DNA of 64,000 bases from Prasinococcaceae sp. CCMP 1430 (lineage: Eukaryota > Plantae > Prasinodermophyta), in assembly GCA_013416795.1 (NCBI GenBank), contig RQSC01001079.1:208861-272860 (forward strand), written 5' to 3'. Shown one piece after another: positions 8,573 to 18,908 of the stretch. A program made the translations under genes and the position numbers. The notes beneath the pieces were generated by a model, which saw only the letters and a list, made by a program, of their open reading frames with translations, ran no database searches and was not told the DNA's origin. Numbering within the stretch: position 1 is the first letter of the stretch; each line of letters starts with the position of its first letter.

Positions 8573-10174
8573 ATGAGGCCTGCAATGGCAGCCCTGGCGC
8601 TGTTAGTGGTGTGCTGCGCGCTGTCGTGCGACATAGCGAGCGCCCTCGGGCTTGGTGGCCTCGCGATGGGCACGATGCGCTGCTTCGACCCGACCGAGAG
8701 CTCTGCCGCGCTCGGCTCGGCGCCCGGCATTTGCGGCGCCGTCGCGGACGGCAGCGACCCAGGCGAGCCGCTGCTGGTCACGCCTTTCCTCGAGGCCAAT
8801 GATGCCGCGGGCGCCCGCGAGGCGATGGCCATTAACGACCTCAACGTCTCCACTGGCACCGACGGCATGGTGACTTGGCCGACCTCGTACGCCGGCTTTT
8901 TCACCACGAACCAAACCGAGACCTTCACCAACTACAACTACGCGTGGTACTTTCCTCCGCTGAACGGCAATGCGTCGGCACCGCTGCTGGTGTGGCTGCA
9001 GGGCGGACCGGGGGCGAGCAGTATGTTCGGTGTGTTCAATGAGCATGGACCATTTTATGTGACGGCTACCAACGAGCTCGCCGCGCGAGAGACGACGTGG
9101 AACGCTGAGTACGGCATGCTCTACATAGACAACCCCGTCGGGGCCGGCTTTTCGTTCACGACATCCAATGATGGGTACTGCACGAACACAGCAGACTGCG
9201 TCGCCGACGGACTCTATGCTCTGCTGCAGCAGTTCTACCAAGTCTTCCCAGAGCTCTTGCAAGTGCCGCTGTACATCACAGGTGAGAGCTACGGCGGCCA
9301 CTACGTACCAGCGATAGCGTACAAGATCATGCAAGAAAATGCCGCTCTAAACGCGACGACTGGTGACAACGCCCCTGGCCCAGTTGAGCTGCCGCTCGCT
9401 GGCCTCGCGATCGGTGACGGCTGGGTAGACCCGATCATTCAGAACGCCGGCTACACCGCGCTGTTCCAGAACATGGCACTCTGTAACTTCGGCGAGCAAA
9501 CAGACACCATCGCCGGCTACGTGGCCGCGATTATGGACAACATCGAGCAAGGGAACATGCTGGAGGCCTTTGACGTGTGGGATGAGTTTTTGAACGGCGA
9601 CGTCTATCCTTATCCGACCTACTATTACAACATCACGGGCAGCGAAGACTACGACAACCTGCTCCGCACGCAGGCCCCAGAGAGCTTCGGCTACTACGTG
9701 TCTTGGTTCCAGAACAACGACGTGCGTCGCTCCATCCATGTCGGAGATGCGCTCTTCAACAACGGTACGGCCACCGAGATGGCGCTGCTGGGCGACTTCA
9801 TGGTGAGCTTCAAGACGCAGCTCGGCGCCCTCATGGACGAGTACCCTGTCCTGCTTTACTCAGGGCAGCTGGACATCATCATCGGCGCGGCGCTCACTGA
9901 GGCGTTCCTGAGCAGCATCCCATGGGGCGGGGCAGATAGCTTTGCCAACGCCACCCGCGTGGTCTGGTACTCTCCGAGCAATGCCACTAATGTGACCGGC
10001 TACGTGCAGGCAGCTGAGGGCTTCTCTCGCGTGGCGATCAAGAACGCAGGGCACATTCTGCCCTTCGACCAACCCAAGGCGGCGCGGGCAATGATGTACC
10101 ACTGGCTGACCAACACGTTCCCCTTTGGAGACAGCAGCAGCAGCGTCGTTCAGTCGACCAATGGCGGGGACTGA
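8573..10174 (+). CDS. Serine carboxypeptidase S10 (CPVL-like), secreted or vacuolar
   Basis: Signal peptide, WLQGGPGASS, YIDNPVGAGFS, GESYGGHY (Ser), GQLD (Asp), NAGHILPFDQP (His), many NxS/T sites. Confidence 0.92.
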   Translation: MRPAMAALALLVVCCALSCDIASALGLGGLAMGTMRCFDPTESSAALGSAPGICGAVADGSDPGEPLLVTPFLEANDAAGAREAMAINDLNVSTGTDGMVTWPTSYAGFFTTNQTETFTNYNYAWYFPPLNGNASAPLLVWLQGGPGASSMFGVFNEHGPFYVTATNELAARETTWNAEYGMLYIDNPVGAGFSFTTSNDGYCTNTADCVADGLYALLQQFYQVFPELLQVPLYITGESYGGHYVPAIAYKIMQENAALNATTGDNAPGPVELPLAGLAIGDGWVDPIIQNAGYTALFQNMALCNFGEQTDTIAGYVAAIMDNIEQGNMLEAFDVWDEFLNGDVYPYPTYYYNITGSEDYDNLLRTQAPESFGYYVSWFQNNDVRRSIHVGDALFNNGTATEMALLGDFMVSFKTQLGALMDEYPVLLYSGQLDIIIGAALTEAFLSSIPWGGADSFANATRVVWYSPSNATNVTGYVQAAEGFSRVAIKNAGHILPFDQPKAARAMMYHWLTNTFPFGDSSSSVVQSTNGGD

Positions 10175-10603
10175 GCATACCTAGCGTGGGAGCGCTCACT
10201 CTAGCCAGAGAGGCCACCATCGACAAGGCTGTATAAAAAACAAGCAATTATGATACTGCCTCCCAGATTGCCCTGACCTCCGGGGGATTGGCGTCACTTG
10301 ACTCGATTCTCTCGGGGCCAGCTCTGACGAACGAAAGCTCCCCGGGAAACAAAAGTGCGCGTTGCCAGAAGCGCTGACTCCGCCAGAGACAGAGCAGAAA
10401 AGTGCTGAGCGCGCGGGCACGAGCGGGTGTCTGTGCGCGCGTGCGCGTGGACGCGTGCATGCGCATGCGCGTGCGTCCTACGCGCGCGCACGCGCGCGTG
10501 GCCCGCACACGCGTGCCCGCGCGCGGCACGCGCGCGGGGCCCCGCGCGCGCCTCTCCGTCAGCGGAGCCTGAGGCCAGCGTCGAACCCGGCGTGCGCTCC
10601 AGC

Positions 10604-12235
10604 ATGGCCATTGCCGCGGCGGGCAGCATCGGCGACACAACGCCCCGCGTGGCGATGATGTGTGTCGGGGTAATGTGTGCATGCGCCTTCGCCTCCAACC
10701 TGTGCGTAAGCCTCGTCGGGCCTTTCCTGCCAAGCCGGCTCGAGGCGGACGGATGGTCCGAGACCGTCGTGGGGCTGGTCATCGCGGCGTACCCGGCAAC
10801 TATCGTGCTGATCAATCCGATCGCGAGCCCGACGGTGCAGCGCGTGGGGCGAGCATGTGGGGCAGCGCTCGGTATGACAACGCTCGCGGTGGGCGTGGCG
10901 TGCTTTGGCGCAGCTGGCGGCCGTGGGGCGGCCGCCGCACTGTCGCCCCGCGGCGTATTGGGCGCGATGATCGCCGCACGGTGCTTTGCGGCCATCGGCG
11001 CTGCGACGGCGAACATTGCGCTCACGAGCGCGACCATGGACCTCTACGCCACGAGCGGCAGCCTCGCAACTGTCCTCGCGGTGAACGAGGTCGCAATCTC
11101 GCTGGGATTCATGCTGGGCCCCGTCGCGGGCGGCGCGCTCTTCGAAGCTGGCGGGTTCACGCTGCCATTCTTTGTTTCGGCGGGTCTCGTCCTCTTGGGC
11201 ATGCCGCTGTCGCTAGCAGTGCTCTCTCAGCTCCCGCGAAAGGGCAACGGTAGCGGCGGTAGCGCGTCAGAGCCTCTGCTGACGGCGGACGACGTCGTCA
11301 ACGGCGACGGTGACAATGGCCAGCTCCTCACACCTCGGACCCTCTCTCGCGCGCAGAAGCTCAAGATGGCCGTGGCGGCGGGCTCTGCCTTCATGTGTGT
11401 GCTGTGTTTTGCTGAGTTCAACGTCTTGTTGGAGGACTACGCCGAGCAAGCACTGGACATGAAAACCACCGCGATCAGCGCGCTTTTCGCCGGGCTCTCA
11501 CTCTCGTACTCGCTCGCCGCGCCCCTCGCAGGACGGGCGACCGACATGTACGGCGCGCGCGGACCCATGGTGGCGGGCCTGCTCGTCTCGGCTCTGGGGC
11601 GCGCGGTCGTCATCTGCCCCGGGCAGGCATCCATCGCGAGAGCAGTGGCGACCTCGGAGGTGAGGGTGCGCACCGTCAGCGCGTCGGCGGGGCTCACCCT
11701 CTTCGGCCTTGGCCAGTCCTTTGGCCTCGTGCCGTCGCTGCCGGCGATGAAGGCAGTCGCGGGCGACTACCCTTCCGAGTCCGTTGTGAGCGCGTTCTAC
11801 ATGTCGCTCTCGGCTGCTGAGGCGATCGGCTCGATGGTAGCGGGCGCGCTCGGCGAGGCGGTGGGCTTTTCGTGGACTTTCGCAATCTTCAGCGGGCTCA
11901 CTGCGGCGTATGCATTGGCGGTGGTCGCCACGGGGCCTTTCGAACCGCCGGCGAGGAGCGACGTCGGAAGTGACGAGGAGATGGCCATGGATGCACCGGT
12001 CGGCGCGCCCGGGCGCACCACCGCCATGCGCTGGCGCGCGGCGACCATCGCGACAATCTCCGCGCAGCGCATACGCTCGGCGCACCTGCAGAGCGCGCAC
12101 ATGCGCTATGCACACCTCTCGCCGTGCTCGAGTCTGGGCGGTGCCAGCCTGTGCCGCAACCTGAGCACGACGCCCAGCGAGACGCCTAGCGATCGTGGCG
12201 ACGCCAGGATTTCCGATTCTTTGTACAATAATTGA
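10604..12235 (+). CDS. MFS transporter (SLC18B1/vesicular amine transporter-like)
   Basis: About 12 hydrophobic segments; LVGPFLP, GFMLGPVAGGALFEAGGFTLPF and PLAGRATDMYGAR MFS motifs. Exact 3' end uncertain. Confidence 0.85.
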   Translation: MAIAAAGSIGDTTPRVAMMCVGVMCACAFASNLCVSLVGPFLPSRLEADGWSETVVGLVIAAYPATIVLINPIASPTVQRVGRACGAALGMTTLAVGVACFGAAGGRGAAAALSPRGVLGAMIAARCFAAIGAATANIALTSATMDLYATSGSLATVLAVNEVAISLGFMLGPVAGGALFEAGGFTLPFFVSAGLVLLGMPLSLAVLSQLPRKGNGSGGSASEPLLTADDVVNGDGDNGQLLTPRTLSRAQKLKMAVAAGSAFMCVLCFAEFNVLLEDYAEQALDMKTTAISALFAGLSLSYSLAAPLAGRATDMYGARGPMVAGLLVSALGRAVVICPGQASIARAVATSEVRVRTVSASAGLTLFGLGQSFGLVPSLPAMKAVAGDYPSESVVSAFYMSLSAAEAIGSMVAGALGEAVGFSWTFAIFSGLTAAYALAVVATGPFEPPARSDVGSDEEMAMDAPVGAPGRTTAMRWRAATIATISAQRIRSAHLQSAHMRYAHLSPCSSLGGASLCRNLSTTPSETPSDRGDARISDSLYNN

Positions 12236-12295
12236 AATGATTGCTCGTCGCTGTTCTACGCTTCGGTGCGGCGTGCTCGCGCGCAGGCGCATGCC

Positions 12296-13074
12296 TCAGC
12301 GCTTGAATTCGTCGTGGATCCTGCAGACGGTTGGGCACGGCGTCGAGGGACGGCGAGCTGGGTCAGTGCCGAGCGCAGAGGAAGCGAGGGGCGCGAGTGA
12401 GCGGCGCGCGTGCTGCGCTCGTGGTTGCGCTTGGCACATACCACATCGGGCGCCCATAGTCGTCGTACTACGGGCCGCAGCGTGCAGCAGAACCCAGGCG
12501 GCCGAGTCGGGTCAGCGCCGGATGCAGACAGCGGGGCGAGCACTGCGCGCAGGTGCACCCAACTCACCTTCTCGTCATCGTCGTAGTCCTCGTCATCGTA
12601 GTCCTCATCCTCGTCATCCTCGTCGTCGTCATACTCGTCATACTCCTCGTCATCATCATCCCCCTCCTCATCCTCCTCGTCCCAGTCCTCATCCTCATCT
12701 TTGCGCGCGCACGCAGGCCAGCGTGTCAGCGCGGCGTCTGCGTAGCGCGCGATCGCAGCGTGTGCGCGGCTGATCGATCGCTCGTGCAGACGCCACGTAC
12801 CCTCGTCCTCGTCGTCTTCGGCGTCGTCCACGGCTTCCGGGGCTTCGTTGGCCTGCCCAGGCGAAGCTTTCCTCGGCGCTGGCGCGCTTTCCGCTGTCTG
12901 TGCGCGCACCTTCGCCTTGAGCTCCTCGGGGACTGCGGCGGCGGCGGGTGTGCCGATCGCGAGCGCGAGGGCCAGCGCGGCCGCGAGCGCGAGCGCAAGC
13001 GCCGCTGCGAGCGAAGCGAGCGGCAAGCGCGCAGGTCGCGCACTGCGGCGTTGCCGGCGCGGCGTCGCCATCAT
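12296..13074 (-). CDS. Hypothetical secreted, highly acidic (D/E-rich) protein; 4 exons (introns 12699-12800, 12468-12567, 12321-12441)
   Basis: Hydrophobic signal segment then a poly-D/E/Y tract. Donors GTACGT, GTGAGT, GTATGT with CTGAC branch sites give a continuous frame ending ...DDEKYDDYGRPMWIHDEFKR*. Confidence 0.6.
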
Positions 13075-13398
13075 CACCGTGCTTGGCGGCTCAGACGCCC
13101 CCGCCCTGCGCGATGTGTGGCGCTGCGCACCTGCCCTGCAGCAACGTTTTGAAACTACCTGTGCCCTCCTGAAAAAATGTGTGCGTACTCGGGTGATTGC
13201 ATACGCGCACTCGCGACCGTGCGCCACACCGCGAGCGCCTGGCAGCGCAGCAGTGGCTGCTGCGGCACGCGCCGCTGATACGTGCGCGTGCGCGCGTGCG
13301 TGTGGGGTCGCGCACCGACGTAGAATCCGCTCGTGCGTGGCGCGCGGGGCGCGCGCCACGCGCAAGGGGCGGTTGCTGCGCAGACGCTTCCGCGTGCG

Positions 13399-14170
13399 AT
13401 GGCGTCTGCGGCAGGGGGCCGAGCACAACCCACGTCGGACTCGGCGCACGAGCTGCTGGTGCGTCTGGCTCGCCCCCGCCGCGCATGCGGATGGGAGCCC
13501 CTCCCCACCTCTGCGCACAAGCACGCGCACCCGTCGAACTGATGCCTTTGATGCCGGACGCGGCACTGACGCACACGCTCCCGCTGCACGACGACAGCTC
13601 ATTGCGGCAGGCCGCGAATACGCGTCGCTGCTCTCGCGTCGCTGCACTAGCGAGGCGGAGGCGTCCTCGGCGGCAGCGGCGCGCCTCGACGCGGCAGGGG
13701 AGTCGGTTGGGCGGCGACTCGCAGAACTTCGCGCCGTCGGCAAGCCGCGCGTGCACACGGACGCGCTCGAGGTCGTCAAGATGCTGTGCAAGGAGCTCTG
13801 GACAGCAGCGTTTGGCAAGGCCGTGGACAACCTGAAGACGAATCATCGTGGCGTGTTCGTGCTGCACGACGCCACCTTCCGTCCGCTACACGCTGTTTCG
13901 GCGGACGCGCCGCTTGAGGTGGCCTCCCGCGGCCAGGAGGTCGGTGGCGCACCCGTCTACGTCGCCACGCCCGAGAGCGTGGGCTCCGAGGCGTGCGCAG
14001 CAGCGACGCGCGGCGCGTGTCGCGAGCAACTGCACTTTTCGAAAGGGCTGGTGCGCGGCGCGCTCGACGCGCTCGGCTTGATTGCCACGGTGGCGGCCGA
14101 GGCGCCCAGCCCGCCCGCGGTGACGTTTACCGTCAAGGTCACTCAACAGCGTTCGAGGCCACAGGGCTGA
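13399..14170 (+). CDS. TRAPPC6: TRAPP complex subunit 6 (Trs33/Bet3 family); intron 13459-13597
   Basis: GESVGRRLAE, VVKMLCKELWTAAFGKAVDNLKTNHRGVFVLHD and GLVRGALDALG match TRAPPC6B. 60-nt exon 1 splices in phase 0. Confidence 0.88.
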
Positions 14171-14490
14171 CGAGGGGGCGGGATGCGAGTGCTAATGATG
14201 TAATGAGCCACGGTGGACTCGGCACCTGCACGCTGCTGCGTCGCTCCCGCTGAGGGTGTAGCCCCGTCTTCTGCGCGAGAGGGAGGGCGGGCCTCTTGCG
14301 CCGAGGCGATGGGGGTTGTGTTGACAAAAACGTGACGAGGAAAGAATTACGTGGGGTGAGTCCAAGGTGCAAGAGGGCAACCACGGCCGAGGGTGACGCC
14401 GCTCATCGCAAACCGGGATGTGCAGCACGGCTCCATGAGCGCCTGCCGCGACTTTCAGCTGGGGTGAGCGGCATCAGCGGCAGATGCGCT

Positions 14491-14991
14491 TCACTTCGCC
14501 TTGCCATCATCGGCCTTTTCGTCGGCCTTTTCGCCACCATGGGCGCCCTCGGCATTCTCGGCGCCCTCAGCCCTCTCACCGCCCTCCGCAGCGCCGGCCG
14601 CGGCGAAGCCCTTCGGGTCGCTGCGCGGGTCGTCACTCTCCTCGATGCCCCGCTCGAGCATTATGCGCTCCTTGGCGCGGTACACCTTGGATTGAAGGTA
14701 GAACGACTTGACGTCCTCGTTGACCTTCATGAGGTGGTCGTAGCGCTTGAGGACCTCGTCCCAAGACGTGGTCTCCGAAATGCCCAGAATCATATTGGCC
14801 TCGTGGTAGCTCATCTTCCCCGCGAGTCGCCGGCCCGCCGCGTTGGCCATGCCCGACGCGGCCTGCGCACCCTCCTGGTGGAGGCCAGCCTTCTGCCCGT
14901 TGATGATGGCCTGCCGCCATGCCTGCGACGCCGCGCGGAAGAACGCTGCGCCGCCCGCGACGATGAGCTGCGCGATGATGCGCGACGCCAT
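14491..14991 (-). CDS. PAM16: Mitochondrial import motor subunit PAM16/TIM16
   Basis: MASRIIAQLIVAGG...RAASQAWRQA, J-like domain MSYHEANMILG, SFYLQSKVYRAKERI. Confidence 0.9.
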   Translation of the reverse strand: MASRIIAQLIVAGGAAFFRAASQAWRQAIINGQKAGLHQEGAQAASGMANAAGRRLAGKMSYHEANMILGISETTSWDEVLKRYDHLMKVNEDVKSFYLQSKVYRAKERIMLERGIEESDDPRSDPKGFAAAGAAEGGERAEGAENAEGAHGGEKADEKADDGKAK

Positions 14992-15708
14992 GGCGGCGCG
15001 CGCGCCGCGCGGCTCGCGCCCGCGTCAGGAAGTCCCCTCCCCCGCCCGCCCGTCGGCCGACGTGCACTGTTCGAGGCAGCCACCGCGCGCTCACTGCCCC
15101 CCCCCTCCCCCTCCCCAGGCCCACGCCAGCTCCCTCTTCGCGCCTGCGCCGCCCCAGGCACGCCAGGCACGCCTGGCGCTGGCGCGCGCCTGCGCGCCAA
15201 GCTTGCGCGAACCGACGAGGCTGCGAGCAGCCACGCGAGCGCCCCTCCCCCTCTCTTCTCCCACGCTCCCGCGCTCCACACCCGACCCCACCCCCGGTGC
15301 CGCCTCCCCCAGTGCGCCTCCCCCGGGGGCCGCCCCCCGCGCGAGGTGTGGCCCGCGGCAGCGCCGCGCACCGGCGCGCGCCAGCCGCCACCGCATTTCA
15401 ATCTCCGTCATCCCGCCGGCGGAGGTCAACCGACAATCAAATTCGGCGGTATATACTAATTCCGTCACCCGTTGCCGCGATATATATCCATTTCCCCAAG
15501 AGCTCGCATGCGCTTTGATATGAGGTCCACACCAGAGAGATGGACGGCGCTCCACCGGCACGCCACGCAAGCCAAGCCTGGATGGCAGGAGTGCGGGCGG
15601 CCACAGTGCGCGCGGACGCGCGTGCGCTGCTGCCTCCCCTTCCTCCCACCCCCCCTCCCCCCAATCATCCGCACTCATCCACACTCGATCGTGCGCAGGT
15701 GGAGCGAT

Positions 15709-16374
15709 ATGAGCGCTCAGCAGCAGGGGGCGGCTGCGCCCGGCGGCGGCGGCAGTGGCAGCGGCGGCGGCAGCGCAGGCGAGACCGGGGTGCGTGTCAA
15801 GGCCGTCGCCGAGGCGTTCGAGGCCATCCTCAAGGCCGTCGCGGCGATGATAGAAGCCCGAGCGGCCGCGCCTGGCGCAGGTGCGTGCGCGGGCACAGGT
15901 GCGAGTGCGCCCGCTAGCCCACGCTCGGGCGCGGGCGCGCTTGAGCGAGCGTAGGGAGCGCGTCCATGCCCGGGCCGAGGATTCGCGCCAGAGACACGTG
16001 CCGCGCAGCGGGTCTTGGTCGTGCTGGGCTGACGCCTGCTGTGCCTCCTCCCGCGCGTGTCCACGCCTTTGCGTGGTGGCTTTTCACGGGGCATGCTCGT
16101 ACGATCACTTGCTCCGATGTACCGGGCCTCGCTTACGCATGCTGCTGCGCCCCGGCCGGCAGACGCGGACGCAGCTTTCAATGCAACCGAGCTCGCTGCG
16201 CGTGTCGAGGAGTTCCAGCTATCAAGTGACGCGCTCGACGCACTGCTTAGCGCGGCCGAGGCAAAGCTCGACGCGCAGCGCGCCGAGGGCGGCGCCGAGG
16301 CACTCGACGCGTACAAGCGCGCGATGGCATCGGCCGGTGGCACTGGCGCCGCTGCCATGGACACGACGGCGTGA
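15709..16374 (+). CDS. Small helical protein, possibly Mediator tail subunit MED2/MED32-like; intron from 15881 to 16162 or 16174
   Basis: Two amphipathic helices (VKAVAEAFEAILKAVAAMIE; ELAARVEEFQLSSDALDALLSAAEAKL) resemble plant MED32 by eye. GTGCGT donor and GCTGAC branch. Confidence 0.5.
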
Positions 16375-16698
16375 GGACACGCGCGCGTCTCTGTGTACAC
16401 TAGCTAGCGCAAATTGTCTTCGCGGTCGGGTCAGCACCCCCGCGTCGGCAGGCGCTGTGTGGCAAGCCTTCAGCGGCGCCCACGCGCCTGGCCACCTCAA
16501 CTCGGTCAACCGGTAGAAGGCACAGTAGGATGAATAGCTCCGAAGATAGCATTGGTATGTAGTTAGCATCAGACTTACTACTGCTGCTGGCGAGACAAGC
16601 ATGAAAAATGCCAGTTGTGTTTAGGGCGCGCAATGCCGCGCATACGAGTGTGATAGATGGGTGTGTGGCCAGGGGGGTGTAGCGATCAAACGCACGAA

Positions 16699-18266
16699 TC
16701 ATGTGGTCACGAACGAGCCCTTCCTCGCGGCGAGCGTCGCGTGCGTCCTGTGGAGCGAGCGGACGGAAGCAGCGCAGGCACGGTCGGTCGTCAGTCGTCG
16801 GGCGAGGGCGTGGCGTCGACCGAGAGGCTAAGCATGGCCGTGGCGCAGTCTGCCGCGACACTACGGCGCGCGCGCGTTCCTACGTGGCTCGCCGCCGCGC
16901 GAGCCCGCGCATACCTGCCCGCGGCGATCTCCCGCTGCTGCTTGAAGGTGTCCTTGTTGAGCGCGAGCAGCGACTGACCGGACTTGGGCGATCGCACGAC
17001 GGTCGCGCCACATGCGCGTGCGCTCATGTCAACGTCGTCTGCGCCGGAGAAGGGGCTACTGCGCTCGATGAGGTGCACGATCGGACCCTCATCCACGTGG
17101 CCGCCCACTAGTCCACCCGTGCGCAGCTCCTGCCACCCCTCGAGGCCGACGCGGTCGTGCTTGCCACCGTCCTGCCAGGGCCCACCATCAACGCCCGCTA
17201 CCGACACGGGAGCGAACAACACGGGTACTGCCGCCGACGCCGTCACCGCCTCGGGAAGGTTGCCCTCGCGGATAATCTTGTAAGCGCCCGTGTCCGCGTC
17301 GACCACGGCGCATGCGAAGGGCGTCTTCAGCTCGTCGAACGTCTCCGGAAGCAGGGTCGCCAATTGCCGCACGACGCCGTCCATCTTCACGAGCGTAGAG
17401 CGGGTGCGGCCGACGGACGAGGGCGGTGCGTCCGTATGGGTTCGGAGTCGAGGGTGTCAGCGTTGCCAAAGAGGCGCGCCTTGGCGCGCCGCGCGCGACG
17501 CTCCACAGCGCTCGTGGTGCGGCTGTCCGCGCGTCGCGTGTCCTTGCGCACCCGCGCGCGCGAGCCTCGAGCACACGCGGCACGGTCGCACCTTCAGCAC
17601 GCCCTGCCAGAGCTGTGGGTTTGGGGAGAGGTATTCCATAGGCGCGACGCGCGCGAGCTCGTACTCGACCTCATCCGGTGTGTAGCCCGCCGCGAGGAGC
17701 GAGCCTGTAAGCGCACCGGCGCTCGTACCCATGATGCCGGAAATCTCCACGCTCTCCATGCACGCCTGTTCGCCGCGACCGCGTGGTCGGATGCGCGACG
17801 TGAACACGCGGCGAGGCGCGTGCGATGCGCGCGGTCGAGTGCAGCCGTGATCGCGGTCGCGTGGAGCGGCGCGCGCGGCGCACACCAGCGCGGACAGGCG
17901 GCGCGTATCCCGTCAGCGCTCGGCTGTGACATGAGCGCCGGCGCCGAGCGGCGGCTGCTGCGCGCAGTCAACCCACTCGCTCGCACGCGCAAGGCAGCTC
18001 ACCTCGACGAAGCCGCAGTGGTACGCAAAGGCCAGGAAGCCACTCGAAAGCACGATGTCGGCACGCGGCTTGCGCTCGGCGGCGGCGGCGGCGGCAATTT
18101 CGCCCTGCAGCGAGAGAGCGCGTGCTTTGCAGCGTCGCGCGCGTCGCACGTCCGGCAGCCGACGCGACTGGCGCAGAGCTGCCGCGGGCGCGGCGCGGCG
18201 CGCATACGGCGCGGGCCCTGCTGCGCGCATGCCACACGGCGGGGTTTTCGCTCTCCCACAAGCCAC
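16699..18266 (-). CDS. Patatin-like phospholipase; introns 17766-18002, 17385-17591 and one with its donor at 16914; start codon uncertain
   Basis: VLSSGFLAFAYHCG oxyanion motif, GTSAG nucleophile, ASAAVPVLF, DGG. Spliced C-terminus ...AAGRTHATLAARKGSFVTT*. Confidence 0.8.
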
Positions 18267-18908
18267 CTGGAGCTCCCCGCCTCTGCGCCCACCACCGCCG
18301 CACGTCCTGCCAGGCGTCTGCGGCGGCCGCCGGCCGCGCGCGCTTTTCGCTGCGAGCGGGCGCGCGGTGGCCCCGTCTGCAGCGCTTCACGTGCCGCGCC
18401 AGAGGCGCGGCCGCAGCACCGGCGGGTGCATGGCGACGAATCTGCGGGTTCCACCGCGCGCGCCCCGCCTGGCCTCCACGCCCCCGCTCCCCTGACGAAT
18501 TCTCTAATGCGTGTACGGAATCCCTCTCCACGAAATCCGCTTCAATCCGCGAATTCCGCCCCGGCGCGCCCCCGCGCGCGAATCGGGTGGCAGCGGCGCT
18601 CCGGTGCCAACAGACGACGGAGCGAATTTCGGCGGCGCGAATCGCTCGGTTTAGGGTTCTCGAGTGTACAGTAACGCAAAATGATTAAGATGTGAACCCT
18701 CATACGACGACCCGGGCGCCCCCGTCAGACAACCGTCGAGGCGGGCCCGGGGATGTGACGGGGGGTGTTGAGAGGCTCGCACATAATCAGGGTTTCGGTA
18801 ATTACCCTAATACAACCAACCCCAACCTCGTCTGCCATCGCGTGACCGACCGGCACCCGCGCTCGGTGCCCGCGCGCGCCGTGCACGTCGCCTCGACGTT
18901 CCTTCCCT

